Shown here one piece after another: positions 51,921-64,000 of a stretch of 64,000 nucleotides of DNA. This stretch comes from Octopus sinensis. Its lineage: Eukaryota. The DNA lies in the NCBI RefSeq assembly GCF_006345805.1, contig NC_043005.1, positions 94,240,001 through 94,304,000 of the forward strand, written 5' to 3'. Positions within the stretch are counted from its first letter, which is position 1. Each line of letters begins with the position of its first letter. The notes under the pieces were generated by a model. That model was not told the origin of the DNA and did no database searches. It saw only the letters and a list, made by a program, of their open reading frames with translations. The position numbers were made by a program, and so were the translations under genes.

Positions 51921-52312
51921 ACCAAAGCCTTGTGAGTGGATATGGTAGTCAGAAACTGAAAGAAGCCCAGGCGTAGGGTGGCTGGTGGTAAGTAACTTAC
52001 ATGGTTTCTGTTTCAGTCCCACTACATGGCACCACGGGCAAGTGAATTCTGCAATATCCTCGGACAGACTAAAGCTTTGTGACATTATCTTCGATTGTTG
52101 ATTTTTTTTCATAGTAAGTATTGTCTTGAAGGAGGGTTATGTGTTTATGCAGTTTTCTGATGGTAGAGGGGACAAACAAAGGCACACAATCGTATACATA
52201 TACATATATACACTTGTATACGACGGGATTTTTTCAGCTTCCGCTTTGTGAGTGGATTTGGTACACGGAAACAGAAAGAAGCCCGTCGTATATGTGAATA
52301 TGTATACACACG

Positions 52313-52365
<53 letters not shown>

Positions 52366-52439
52366 CATTATATATATGTATGTGTGTGTGAGTTTCTGTG
52401 TTTCTGCCTCCAACATTGCTCGACAACCGATGCTGGTGT

Positions 52440-53490
52440 CCCTCTCCGTAACCTAGCGGTTCGGTAAGATAGAATAAATACTAGAATAAATACTAAGCTT
52501 ACAAAGAATAAGTACTGATGTCGATTTGCTCGACAAATGGCGGTGCTCCAGCATAGGCACAGTCAAATAAGTAAAAGATAAAAAAGTCACGTCGGTATTA
52601 TAAATTGCAAGGGAAGTAACTCTAAAAGATATTTATCAGTTATCTCCCTTAAATATGTAGTTAACAGAATATACAATTTTCTTGCAATTTATTCTTGTTC
52701 TCTGGCCATGCTTGGAGCGCCGCCTTAGTCTTTTGTGTGTGTTTAGTGTGATTTGTTTTTTGTGTTTTTTTGCGGGTGTCTTGCGTGTATTTTGTTTTTG
52801 GATGTCTTTTTTTGTGTTTTGCGTATATTTTGTGTGTATTTCCCTCTCCGTAACCTAGCGGTTCGGCAAACGAAACCGATAGAATAAATACTACGCTTAC
52901 AAAGAATAAGTACTGGTGTCGATTTGCTCGACAAATGGCGGTGCTCCAGCATAGGTACGGTCAAATAAGTAAAAGATAAAAAAGTCACGTCGGTATTATA
53001 AATTGCAAGGGAAGTAACTCTAAAAGATATTTATCAGTTATCTCCCTTAAATATGTAGTTAACAGAATATACAATTTTCTTGCAATTTATTCTTGTTCTC
53101 TGACTATTTTCAGTTATTTCACTGCGGCCATGCTTGGAGCGCCGCCTTAGTCTTTTGTGTGTGTTTAGTGTGATTTGTTTTTTGTGTTTTTTTGCGGGTG
53201 TCTTGCGTGCATTTTGGGTGTATTTTGTTTTTGGATGTCTTTTTTTGTGTTTTGCGTATATTTTGTGTGTATTTCCCTCTCCGTAACCTAGCGGTTCGGC
53301 AAACGAGACCGATAGAATAAATACTACGCTTACAAAGAATAAGTACTGGTGTCGATTTGCTCGACAAATGCGGTGCTCCAGCATAGGCACAGTCAAATAA
53401 GTAAAAGATAAAAAAGTCACGTCGGTATTATAAATTGCAAGGGAAGTAACTCTAAAAGATATTTATCAGTTATCTCCCTTAAATATGTGT
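52440..53490 (+). repeat. Three tandem ~410-440-bp units each containing a SINE 3' half
   Basis: CCTCTCCGTAACCTAGCGGTTCGG...GTCACGTCGGTATTATAAATTGCAAGGG...CCCTTAAATATGT at ~52441, ~52843 and ~53276. Confidence 0.85.
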
Positions 53491-54780
53491 GTGTTTAGTG
53501 TCATTTGTTATTTGTGTTTTTTTGCGGGTGTCTTGCGTGCTTTTTGGGTGTATTTTGTTTTTGGATGTCTTTTTTGTGTTTTGCGTATATTTTGTGTGTA
53601 CTTTATGTGCTTTTGTGTTTTCGGTGGCTTTTTGTGTTTTCTGTGTGTATTGTGTTTGTTATTTGTGTTTTGACACGTATTTAGTGTGTGAATTGTGTTT
53701 GTTTTGTGTTTTTTCTGTGTCGCGTTTGTTTTGTATGTGTGTTGTGTGTTTCGTGTATTTTGAGTTTCTTTTGTGTATAGCTGTCATGTTTTTTGTGTTT
53801 GTTCCGTGTTTTGTGTGTCTTTTGTTATATGTCTGTTTTAGGTGTGTTTTAACTGTTTCAGTTTTTTTGCGTGGCTAGTGTATTCTGTGTTTGTGTGGTT
53901 TTGTATTTGATTTGTGTGTTTGTGCGTTTTGTGTGATTTGTGATTGTTTTGTTAAGCGTGTTTTTTAATTAGGTACGTTTTTGTGTATTTTGTGTATTTG
54001 TGTATTTTGTGTTTGTCTGTTTTTTGTTATTTGTCATTTTTCGTTTAGTGCTTTTAGTGTGTCTTTTGTTTATTTTGTGTGTTTAGTTTGTGTGTGGTTT
54101 GCATGTGTTTTCATGGACTTGTGTGTGTTTTGTATGTGTTTGTAGTTTGTGTGTTTTGTGTATATTTTTGCTTATATTTTGTGTTGGTTGCAAAAAACAA
54201 AAAACACCAAACACAAAAACAATACAAAAAACACACAAAAAGCTTTGTATGCTTTTTGTGTGTCTTTTCGTGAGTATTGAGTATTTTGCGATTGTCTTGT
54301 GTTTCGCATGTATTTTGTGTGGTCTTGTGTGTCTAGTGTCTCCTTTGTGTGTGTTTTGTGTGTTTGTTTTAAGTGTCTTTTATGTGTATTTTATGGGTTT
54401 TGTCTTTTTGTTTTTGCGTGTCTTATACGTTTTGTGAGTTTGGTATGTTTTGTGTGTATTGTGTGATTTCTGTTTTTTGTGTAGTTTGTGCGTGTCGTCT
54501 ATTTTTTTTTTTATATTTGCGGCTTTTAATGTTATTTGTGTCTTATGTGGATTGAACGTTTTCGGTCTGTTTTTTATGTATTGTGTTTGTTTTCTCTCTT
54601 TTCAGTGATTTATTTGTCTTTTGTGTTAGTTTGGTGTGTTTTGTGTTTTCTCTGTTGTGTTTATTATGTTTTTGCCTTAGCGTGTGTTTCGTGTGTTTTG
54701 TAGTTTTTTTAGTTAAGTGTATTTTTTGTGTAATGCTTGTGCTTTCTGTGTATGTTTTTTTTCTTTTGGATTTTTTTAAA
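53490..54780. other. Aperiodic T/G-dominated low-complexity tract, probably low-quality sequence
   Basis: Extreme strand bias, no stable repeat unit, one short locally flipped A/C patch near 54195-54240. Confidence 0.6.
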
Positions 54781-54957
54781 TTCATCAAAGTGATCACAAA
54801 AATTTTCAGAATACAAAATGTCAAAATATTGCAAATAAGTACTAAAAAGCAACAAATTAAAGTTAGCAATTTTGTTCACTGTTAGGCTTACTTTTCTAAA
54901 AACATGTAAACATAAGAAAGAAGCTTAGGATAGAAAATGTGTCAAAATTTTGCAAAT

Positions 54958-56408
54958 AAGTACTAATGCAAACGCATATGAGAACATCACAGAAATTTAA
55001 AAACAACTTTAGCTATAATAGAAATAAATTCATCCAATTTGATATACAGAATTATTACACTTTTATTAAACCTATTATATTAAATGTCCTTAACTTTGCT
55101 AGAAAACACACTGAATTAAGTATGGGGGAGATTAAGGTTATATTAACAGCCAGGAAAGCTAGAAAGGACACACCCAACTTGTTCGATATCACAATGGGAT
55201 CGCCGAACTCGACTGATCTAGTCGGAAACTCGACTGATTTATCTGATGTATCTATCTGATGTATCTATTAGATAACTTTAGTAGGGAATTCCCTGAATTA
55301 AAAAAGGTGGACTATACAGGGATGACGCCTTATTTTGTGTTAAGAATACATCTAATAGGAGATTAGATCTTCTGAAAAAAAGAATAAATAAATTTTTTAA
55401 GTTTCGGCCTATCCATTATCATTGAAAGTGAAAATTATTCTGCTAATTATTTAGATGTTAATTGTAACATTAAATGGTTTACATGAACCCTATATTAAAC
55501 CTAATTCAACCTAATATATATTAACCGTTCAAGTAATCACCCCGCTCAAATTAAAAATGCACTAGTACGTAGCATTAGTCAGAGAATTTCTAGTTTATCT
55601 CTAACGAGGAAATTTCTAACAAGCATTGTGATAGATACAATGCAGCATTGCTTAAGGCAGGATACAAAAGTAAGATATGGTTTATACCTAAGGGGAACCC
55701 TCCTAATGGAGGTAGAACTATCAGGAACAACACCAATAGATTTAGGATAAAAACAATATACATAAGAATATTAAAATAGAATATATGATAACACCTATAA
55801 TAAATGTAGAAGTGATGTTAACCTCGGAAAGGTGAACGGTAGCTCAAATAGATCTGAGCATACGGGTAATAGTAGTAATATAATAATAATATACAAATTA
55901 AAACTTATGGTAGACATGATAATGGTAAAGTTACTTGCGCAATAATCATGGGAATATTGATATAGATAGATATAACAATGACAGTGGTAAGAATAGTAAT
56001 CCTATGGGTTGGTCTAGGAATAGGATTTTTACAAATAACAATAATTCTATAGGCAATCCTAATTCTGATAAGGATACACTCTGGTTGATTATCCCATATG
56101 CATGCATAATGTTATATTTAGGCATTTTGGTAAGGATAAGAATAAATTTAGTCCTTTAATTAACAACGGTACTGTTAGAGTGGGATATAGCATTACTCAT
56201 AATCTAGCCACCATTATCTCCTCTTTTAATAACAGGAAACTAGATCACTTCTATAAAGATAGAAAATTGAATTTAGACCATGGAAATTTGCCCCTCTTTA
56301 ATAATAATAGGAACAGAAACTTTCTTGGAACGAATGTGAACAACACCCTTACTAATAATGAGTGCACCGTACCTGTTAGAGATAATATAAATGTAATAGA
56401 TCATACTA
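54958..56408 (+). repeat. Indel-rich inverted copy of PLE2 ORF region ~28750-30226
   Basis: Same text and same pLTR/ORF junction, with deletions between short repeats (ARK..ARK) and small duplications. Confidence 0.9.
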
Positions 56409-57079
56409 CATATTTACTTTCATCAATATAACATATATATTCACTTTATTTATTTTTTTATTTTATTGTAATGTTATCAATCTCTGCATTTAGTCTTCTA
56501 ATTATTTATTTATCTGCCTATTTAAGTGTAGATTTTTACATATATATCAAGTCATCTAATTTGTTATCTAGTTATATTTTACTTATATTTGATTTATCCT
56601 CATCAGCCATATTTCACATGTTGCCACATCTATGCCAGTACACTCGACTGAACGCCAAAACGTTGACAGAACGAAAACAGTGAAGAAGTTTCAATGAAAA
56701 TAGTAATGCAATACGAGAGTATTGCTTTCCAGTAAAGGATAGCCCCGTGAGGGGTAAAATTATAGGATTTTAGTCTAACAAATATTTATATATCAAGACA
56801 TAGATGTAATTTTTCATAAATGTTTTATTGATTTAAGCATGTTTCTCCATTCTCTAATTTTGTAGTATTAATTTACGGTAATATTATTACCTTTACCCAT
56901 ATAATACATAGATGAACTGATTGTTTGACAATTTTTAACATCTATGTATTAGTCTTGTTGGGTACCTATCTGGCAGTATATTGGATATATATTATCCCAT
57001 GGTGGGTTGAATTCTCAACCCTATCTCATTTTAAACCTATATTTATTATATATATATATATATATTATATATTATATAT

Positions 57080-57126
<47 letters not shown>

Positions 57127-57290
57127 CAATATATATATATACATACATACATATATACATATATATATCTACATACATACATATATAATATATATATATA
57201 TACATACAATATAGGTATATATATATATATATATATATACATATATGCATACATATATATACATACATATATGCATATAATATATATATA

Positions 57291-57345
<55 letters not shown>

Positions 57346-57586
57346 TATATGTATGTATATATATGTATGCATATATGTATGTATATATATATATATATAT
57401 ATACAAAATTAGAAAATGGAGAAACATACTTAAATCAATCAAACATCAACCATCAGATGATACCCTATCAATACTTTATTACACCATTACATAACAGCAA
57501 AGGCATTATACAAAATATATTGTAAATATAATTAGACAAGGAAATAGAAATATAAAATATAAAATATAATATATAATTATATCATA

Positions 57587-57697
57587 TCTGACAGCTGTTT
57601 CGGCCGTAAGGACAAGTATGCCTCATTTAACCTATAAGCCATATAAGGCAGGTATAAATGAGACATTAACAAGGAAGTCCCACGGCCTCTTCAGAGA
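57587..57697 (-). ncRNA. HHR, duplicate of 32834-32944
   Basis: Same sequence within the duplicated block. Confidence 0.75.
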
Positions 57698-58004
57698 ATT
57701 TAATTTATTATAAGTGTGAAAAAAATTTTTTACATATAAATATAAAAATATAAAATATTAAAAACGCGTGCATAGACACTCCTAATACTACACATATATA
57801 TATACTCATTAATACAATAATACAAAATAAACAAAATATATCAATATACATTAACAAACACAGTTATTCTACATATTGGGCTTCTAGTTCCAAAACTACC
57901 TACACTCACATTAAATTAAATCAAACATATACATAAAAAATAAAAAAAAAAAACACAGTTCAGTTCATAAAATTATAAACCTACAAAAGTCCATAAAAAT
58001 TACT

Positions 58005-58054
<50 letters not shown>

Positions 58055-59901
58055 CAACCATGTCTGTACCAAGTACATCAATCGGACATCTACATATCTA
58101 TAAGTCTGATTCTTCTGTCCGCTTGATATTGATTATTCTAGATTGATTCGATTGGCTTATAGTTTTAAATTTGAATCACAAAAGAAATTTTACGGTTAGT
58201 TAGTCAAGAAACGCACATACGCACACGCACATCTACAGATCAATCGCACATACATACATAATTATATGTATACACACACACATACACTCAAACACATATA
58301 TATCCACAAACACAGTCAAACACATAAATAAATAAATAATAAAAGAGGTATAATCGTAACTATGCAGCCATCAAGCCTCTCCAAAACGACAACAATGCCG
58401 CTATATTAACTAAGAAGATCCACTCACATATTTCCATAAAATATTTGTTATAAAGATACATATATTTATATATCAAGACATAGAATGTAATTTTTCATAA
58501 GGTACACAATTTTTATGCCACCGTATTTTTTTAATCATAGTATTACATAACATAACGTTTACTGATTTCACCGTAATTTGCTATAAACAAAGGTACGCTA
58601 AGTTATAAAGTATAGATTAAACATTTTTGTTTGACTATCAATAGACATAGAAACATACATATACTAAATTGACATCGGTTTATAGCAATTATATTATAAG
58701 AGATTAATTGTAAGAAGTCAAAATACGGAAATATTCTGGGATATGTAAACAAACCAGACAAGACAAAAATTCTTTATAGTACATACATATATACATACTA
58801 GTTCTCACACAGTGGTGGGGAACAAACACAGATACAAACACACACACACAATTGGCTTGTTTGCTTTCAAGCCAATGTTCCCGGTTCAGGCCCACTGTAT
58901 GGCACCTCAGGGATGTGTCTTCTACTATAGCTTCAGGCTGACCAAAGTCTTGCAAGTGAATTTGGTAGGTGGAAACTGAAAGAAGCCCATGTGTGTGTGT
59001 GGGTTTGTATCTGTGTTTGTTCCCCACCACTGTGTGAGAACTAGTGTTGGCGAGTTTACATCCCTCTAACTTAGCAATTTGCCAAAAGACACTGATAGAA
59101 TAAGTACCAGGCTTAGAAAAAAAAATAAAGAATTGGGGGTCAATTTGTTAGACTAAAATCCTTCAAAGCATAGATGCAATAATGACTGAAACAAGTAAAA
59201 GAAAGATAATATATATATATATATATATACACATGCATACATAGAGAGAGACAAAGAGAGGGTTAGATATATACATATGTAGTACATTGTATACATTACT
59301 CTGTTCTAGCTTTATAATTTTTCCTATCTTGTATGAGTCCTTTGCAAATCTGTTTCATGTAGCAAACTTTCTGAGTCCATTACAGAGTTGATGTCCAATA
59401 CAGTTGTTGTTGTTGTTGTTGCTGTTGGTGGTGATGGCAGTGTTGGTGTTGTTGTTTAGCCCAAGGTAGGGCCTGATTGATTGAGCAAATCTGTGGTGAA
59501 AGGCATTCCAGCCATAATCTTCCAACCAGTTTCTCCTTTTGTATCTCAGATTGCATTATTTGATGTATTCTTCCATTTTCAAAATAGAAGGCTGAGATTT
59601 GAAATAGATTTAATTGCTATATCAAGCAGATCAAAACCCTGTTGAAACTCCTTCATTATTATATAGTTGTTGTTATCGTTTAAACCCAGATTAGCCTTAT
59701 ATATATACACACATAAAAGTAAATAAATGGCACAACGATGTACCGATATTTACTGGAAAATAGCGAACGTAATAAATACGACGCTAATGTATAGCTTCAC
59801 TGCGTATGTACTAGCAAAAATGCATGTGTGCAACAAACATGAAAAAAATTTGTCTTACCTCTAGGGAGAACATCTGAAAAATGAAATACCTAGAAATGGA
59901 T

Positions 59902-59975
59902 AATGCGGTACCGGTTTCAGATTTTTCAAAATATGTCTGCCCACATATATTTGATTTATCCTCATCAGCCATATT
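59902..59975 (-). ncRNA. HHR, duplicate of 34283-34356
   Basis: Same sequence within the duplicated block. Confidence 0.72.
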
Positions 59976-61519
59976 TCACATGTTGCCACATCTATGCCAG
60001 TACACTCGACTGAACGCCAAAACGTTGACAGAACGAAAACAGTGAAGAAGTTTCAATGAAAATAGTAATGCAATACGAGAGTATTGCTTTCCAGTAAAGG
60101 ATAGCCCGTGAGGGTAAAATTATAGGATTTTAGTCTAATAAATTGACCCCAATTCTTTATTTTTTCTAAGCCTGGTACTTATTCTATCAGTGTCTTTTGG
60201 CAAATTGCTAAGTTAGAGGGATGTAAACTCGCCAACACTAGTTCTCACACAGTGGTGGGGAACAAACACAGATACAAACACACACACACAATTGGCTTGT
60301 TTGCTTTCAAGCCAATGTTCCGGGTTCAGGCCCACTGTATGGCACCTCAGGGATGTGTCTTCTACTATAGCTTCAGGCTGACCAAAGTCTTGCAAGTGAA
60401 TTTGGTAGGTGGAAACTGAAAGAAGCCCATTGTGTGTGTGTGTGTGTTTGTATCTGTGTTTGTTCCCCACCACTGTGTGAGAACTAGTGTTGGCGAGTTT
60501 ACATCCCTCTAACTTAGCAATTTGCCAAAAGACACTGATAGAATAAGTACCAGGCTTAGAAAAAAATAAAGAATTGGGGGTCAATTTGTTAGACTAAAAT
60601 CCTTCAAAGCATAGATGCAATCTAATGACTGAAACAAGTAAAAGAAAGATAATATATATATATATATATATATTACACATGCATACATAGAGAGAGACAA
60701 AGAGAGGGTTAGATATATACATATGTAGTACATTGTATACATTACTCTGTTCTAGCTTTATAATTTTTCCATCTTTGTATGAGTCCTTGCAAATCTGTTT
60801 CATGTAGCAAACTTTCTGAGTCCATTACAGAGTTGATGTCCAATACAGTGTTGTTGTTGTTGTTGCTGTTGGTGGTGATGGCAGTGTTGGTGTTGTTGTT
60901 TAGCCCAAGGTAGGGCCTGATTGAGCAAATCTGTGGTGAAAGGCATTCCAGCCATAATCTTCCAACCAGTTTCTCCTTTTGTATCTCAGATTGCATTATT
61001 TGATGTATTCTTCCATTTTCAAAATAGAAGGCTGAGATTTGAAAGAGATTTAATTGCTATATCAAGCAGATCAAAACCCTGTTGAAACTCCTTCATTATT
61101 ATATAGTTGTTGTTATCGTTTAAACCCAGATTAGCCTTAAGTAGACCTATGATTAAAGGCATTCCAGCAATTGTTATCCCAAGGTATACCTAAAACTAGA
61201 TTATTTATTGTCCTCTTATTGGAGCTAAATCTTCAAATTACTTTCTGTGTGATTTGAGGGAGATTTTGTTTCTACTAGCCTGAATTTTCACCTGGAACTT
61301 CCCTCATAGCTGACTGTAATATCAATGATGAGGTTATGAGGTATAATTGAAATGTAGGGCGTTTTGGAGGTTTCAGGCCAGGTATTGTAGAGGTATTAGG
61401 GATAGACAGACACAGTGTAGTATTTGCAATAAGAACATTTGAATATGTTTGGCTGGATGCAGCTAGGGGCTAAGGAATTTATATATATATATATGTGTGT
61501 GTGGTGTTATATATATATA

Positions 61520-61597
<78 letters not shown>

Positions 61598-61610
61598 GTA
61601 TGTATATATG

Positions 61611-61656
<46 letters not shown>

Positions 61657-61914
61657 TATATATATATTATATATATATATATATTATATGTATGTGTGTA
61701 TATATATATGTATGTATGTATGTATATAGTATGTATGTATGTGTATATATATATATAAATATATATGTATATATATATTATATATATATATATGTATGTA
61801 TATATGTATTGTATATATATAATATATATATATATATATTATATATATATATATATATAATATGGTGTGTGTGTGATATATATATATATATAATATACAT
61901 ACATATATACATAC

Positions 61915-61945
<31 letters not shown>

Positions 61946-62020
61946 CATAATATATATATATATAATATACATACACATACATACATACATATATACATAC
62001 ATACATATATATATATTATA

Positions 62021-62078
<58 letters not shown>

Positions 62079-64000
62079 TTGCGGCCAAAATGTTCAGAAT
62101 GGCATTGTTTTCGTCAGAAAAGTAGGTATAATTTTTATCAAATTTGTTTTATATTCTATAATTTTCACAGACAATAAATACGATATTATTTATTATTGTC
62201 TGTGATTTTGGTGTAATTTGAGAGGATAATTGAGAGGATATATCAAACATTGGCAAACTTCTTTTCTGCTTCTCCCTTGGCTATACATACTCATTTCCTA
62301 GCTTCCCTTCTGGCTATCTGATACAGTTCCTTGCTATGCCCACTCTTCTAGGCCAATTTCTTTGCTCCAATGGCCCTCTCTACAGTATTGTTCTACCATC
62401 ACATTACCATAGGTCTTGAAGGGACTTTGCACCAGCCACAGGTTTGGTCTGTGGTGTTCAGCTGTCTTGCAGGAATTCCCAGTTGCCCTCTGTGTCACAA
62501 GTCTGTAGCTCCTTCTCTCTCTCATCAAATTTCTCAATGAGGATGTCCCTAATGCTCTGACCATGTAAAGGGTTCTTAATCTTCTAAGTCCTTCTTTTCA
62601 AGATTGATCTGCATCTTGGCAGAGAAAGAGAGAATGAGTGAGAGAGGTGATGATGATGATGTCTAAACATCAGTTCTGAAAATGAAAATGGTTGAATGTC
62701 TATGATTAAAAGCTTTGACAAATATGAAAATAAAATAATTTTTTTGTTATAAAGTTGTTTGAAAAGTTTCCTTACAATTACCATTTATTCTTAGCACGTT
62801 ATGCACCTTTCTAACAAGACTTAAGAAATTTGCTATATCGCAGAAGAGAGCAATATGAAGCTGATATTCACACAAAAAATATTTTGGAAGGCATTGGGCT
62901 TGACCAGATTTTCCTCCCCAGAACTGGAAACTTAAAGGTCAACTTGTTGCTCACATGCAAGAACACAAGTCAGTTGTCAATATTTAAGTTGTAAAGCTAA
63001 TATACAGGGAATGTTAACTTTACAACTCGATCCAAATGTTGCAGATAGAATAAGTTCTATTTCAGTATTATATAATGGAAATTAGTAAGGTTCAATGTTT
63101 GCAAATGGATATGATTGTTGTGTGTATTATCAGTATAATTTTATATGTTTTCCATGAATGAATCATCATGATTCAAGTCAGTTATTAACCAGAATTCCTG
63201 CCTTGCAAGACATGCCAGAGGACCAAGTGTTGCTTGAGACATCTTGAAGGGCAGTATATTCTGTGTGGAATACAACAGGATTTGGAAAGATGAGAATGAA
63301 GTTTAACCCTTAGCATCTAAACTGGCCAAATATTCAACCTGTTTTATCTTCAAAATAGCAAGAGCTGGCCTCTTACACCTGACCTACAATATCATTATAA
63401 AAATAAACAATTATGTCATTGAAATCTCAAAGCGTTGAGATAATTTAACTAAAAACAATGTGAATAAATAAGTATTACAGTTGACAGAGAAATCTGAATA
63501 CTAAAGGATTAGAATTTTACACTACACATTAATAACAGCAATTTGTATGCCAAAAAATATAATACCCAAACACCCATATACCACACACTTACACGTCCAT
63601 TATTATACAAACAACTCATCAAAAATTAATTAACTAAGAATTATATTTCCTCTGTTTTTATTTTAATTTATTTTTTACAAACTTATTATGTCTCAGTCAA
63701 AAGAGAAACTTCAGTAGTACCCATGTCAGGATCTTTTCCTATGACCTTTCAGGTCTTGGAGTAGTGAGAAGTGGGTAGGTCTGAAAGACTCACAATTCAT
63801 AGAAACCTGCACACACAAGGAAGCAGAGCATTTAGATATTATTGATTGAAATTTAACTGAATGTTTGCAGTTGAGAAACCTCTTTTAAAGGCACCAAGGA
63901 AAGTTTAATGCCATGCAATGATTTAAATCCATATCTCAAGAAATAGCAAAGTTAATTTGACATTCTATACATTGTCACTGATAACATTTGGATCGACTAG

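Larger units (their letters stand above)
56820..64000 (+). repeat. Near-identical rearranged direct copy of ~32084-38390
   Basis: 56820-58800 matches ~32084-34058, 58798-59700 matches ~34622-35520, and 59701-64000 matches ~34083-38390. Differences are mostly 1-2-nt indels and microsatellite length. Confidence 0.95.

Noticed and set aside
54966-56431. Treating the plus-strand PLE ORFs as a fourth Penelope element
   Set aside because: It shares the unique inversion junction and sequence of PLE2, so it is a duplicate or artefact rather than an independent insertion.

Overview
AT-rich, microsatellite-dense metazoan genomic DNA made almost entirely of nested transposable elements. The SINE and RTE repertoire resembles Octopus/cephalopod repeats; this is my recognition, not a database result. 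The only confident host-gene piece is one BTB (Kelch-like-type) coding exon on the minus strand (46689-47019). Elements identified: two decayed Ty3/Gypsy LTR retrotransposons, three GIY-YIG Penelope-like elements (PLEs), a near full-length RTE LINE plus relics, a CR1/L2-type 3' fragment, a Tc1 fragment, a DD41D (rosa/Visitor) mariner with intact 49-bp TIRs, an internally deleted hAT with perfect TIRs and 8-bp TSD, an isolated L1/Tx1-like ORF1, and several tRNA-type SINEs. The main unannotated signal is a set of type I hammerhead ribozyme (HHR) folds from about seven unrelated repeat families, all with self-complementary stem III. Several have long extended stem II and several carry core variants, including an apparent compensatory G3-C8 swap. 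Two families occur as head-to-head fold-back mini-elements, and nearly all end in (TA)n. The RTE ORF carries a PHD-type zinc finger inside the RT region. From about 52.7 kb onward the window is largely a patchwork re-copy of earlier sequence with garbled stretches, probably an assembly artefact. All folds and translations were read by eye and none was computed.
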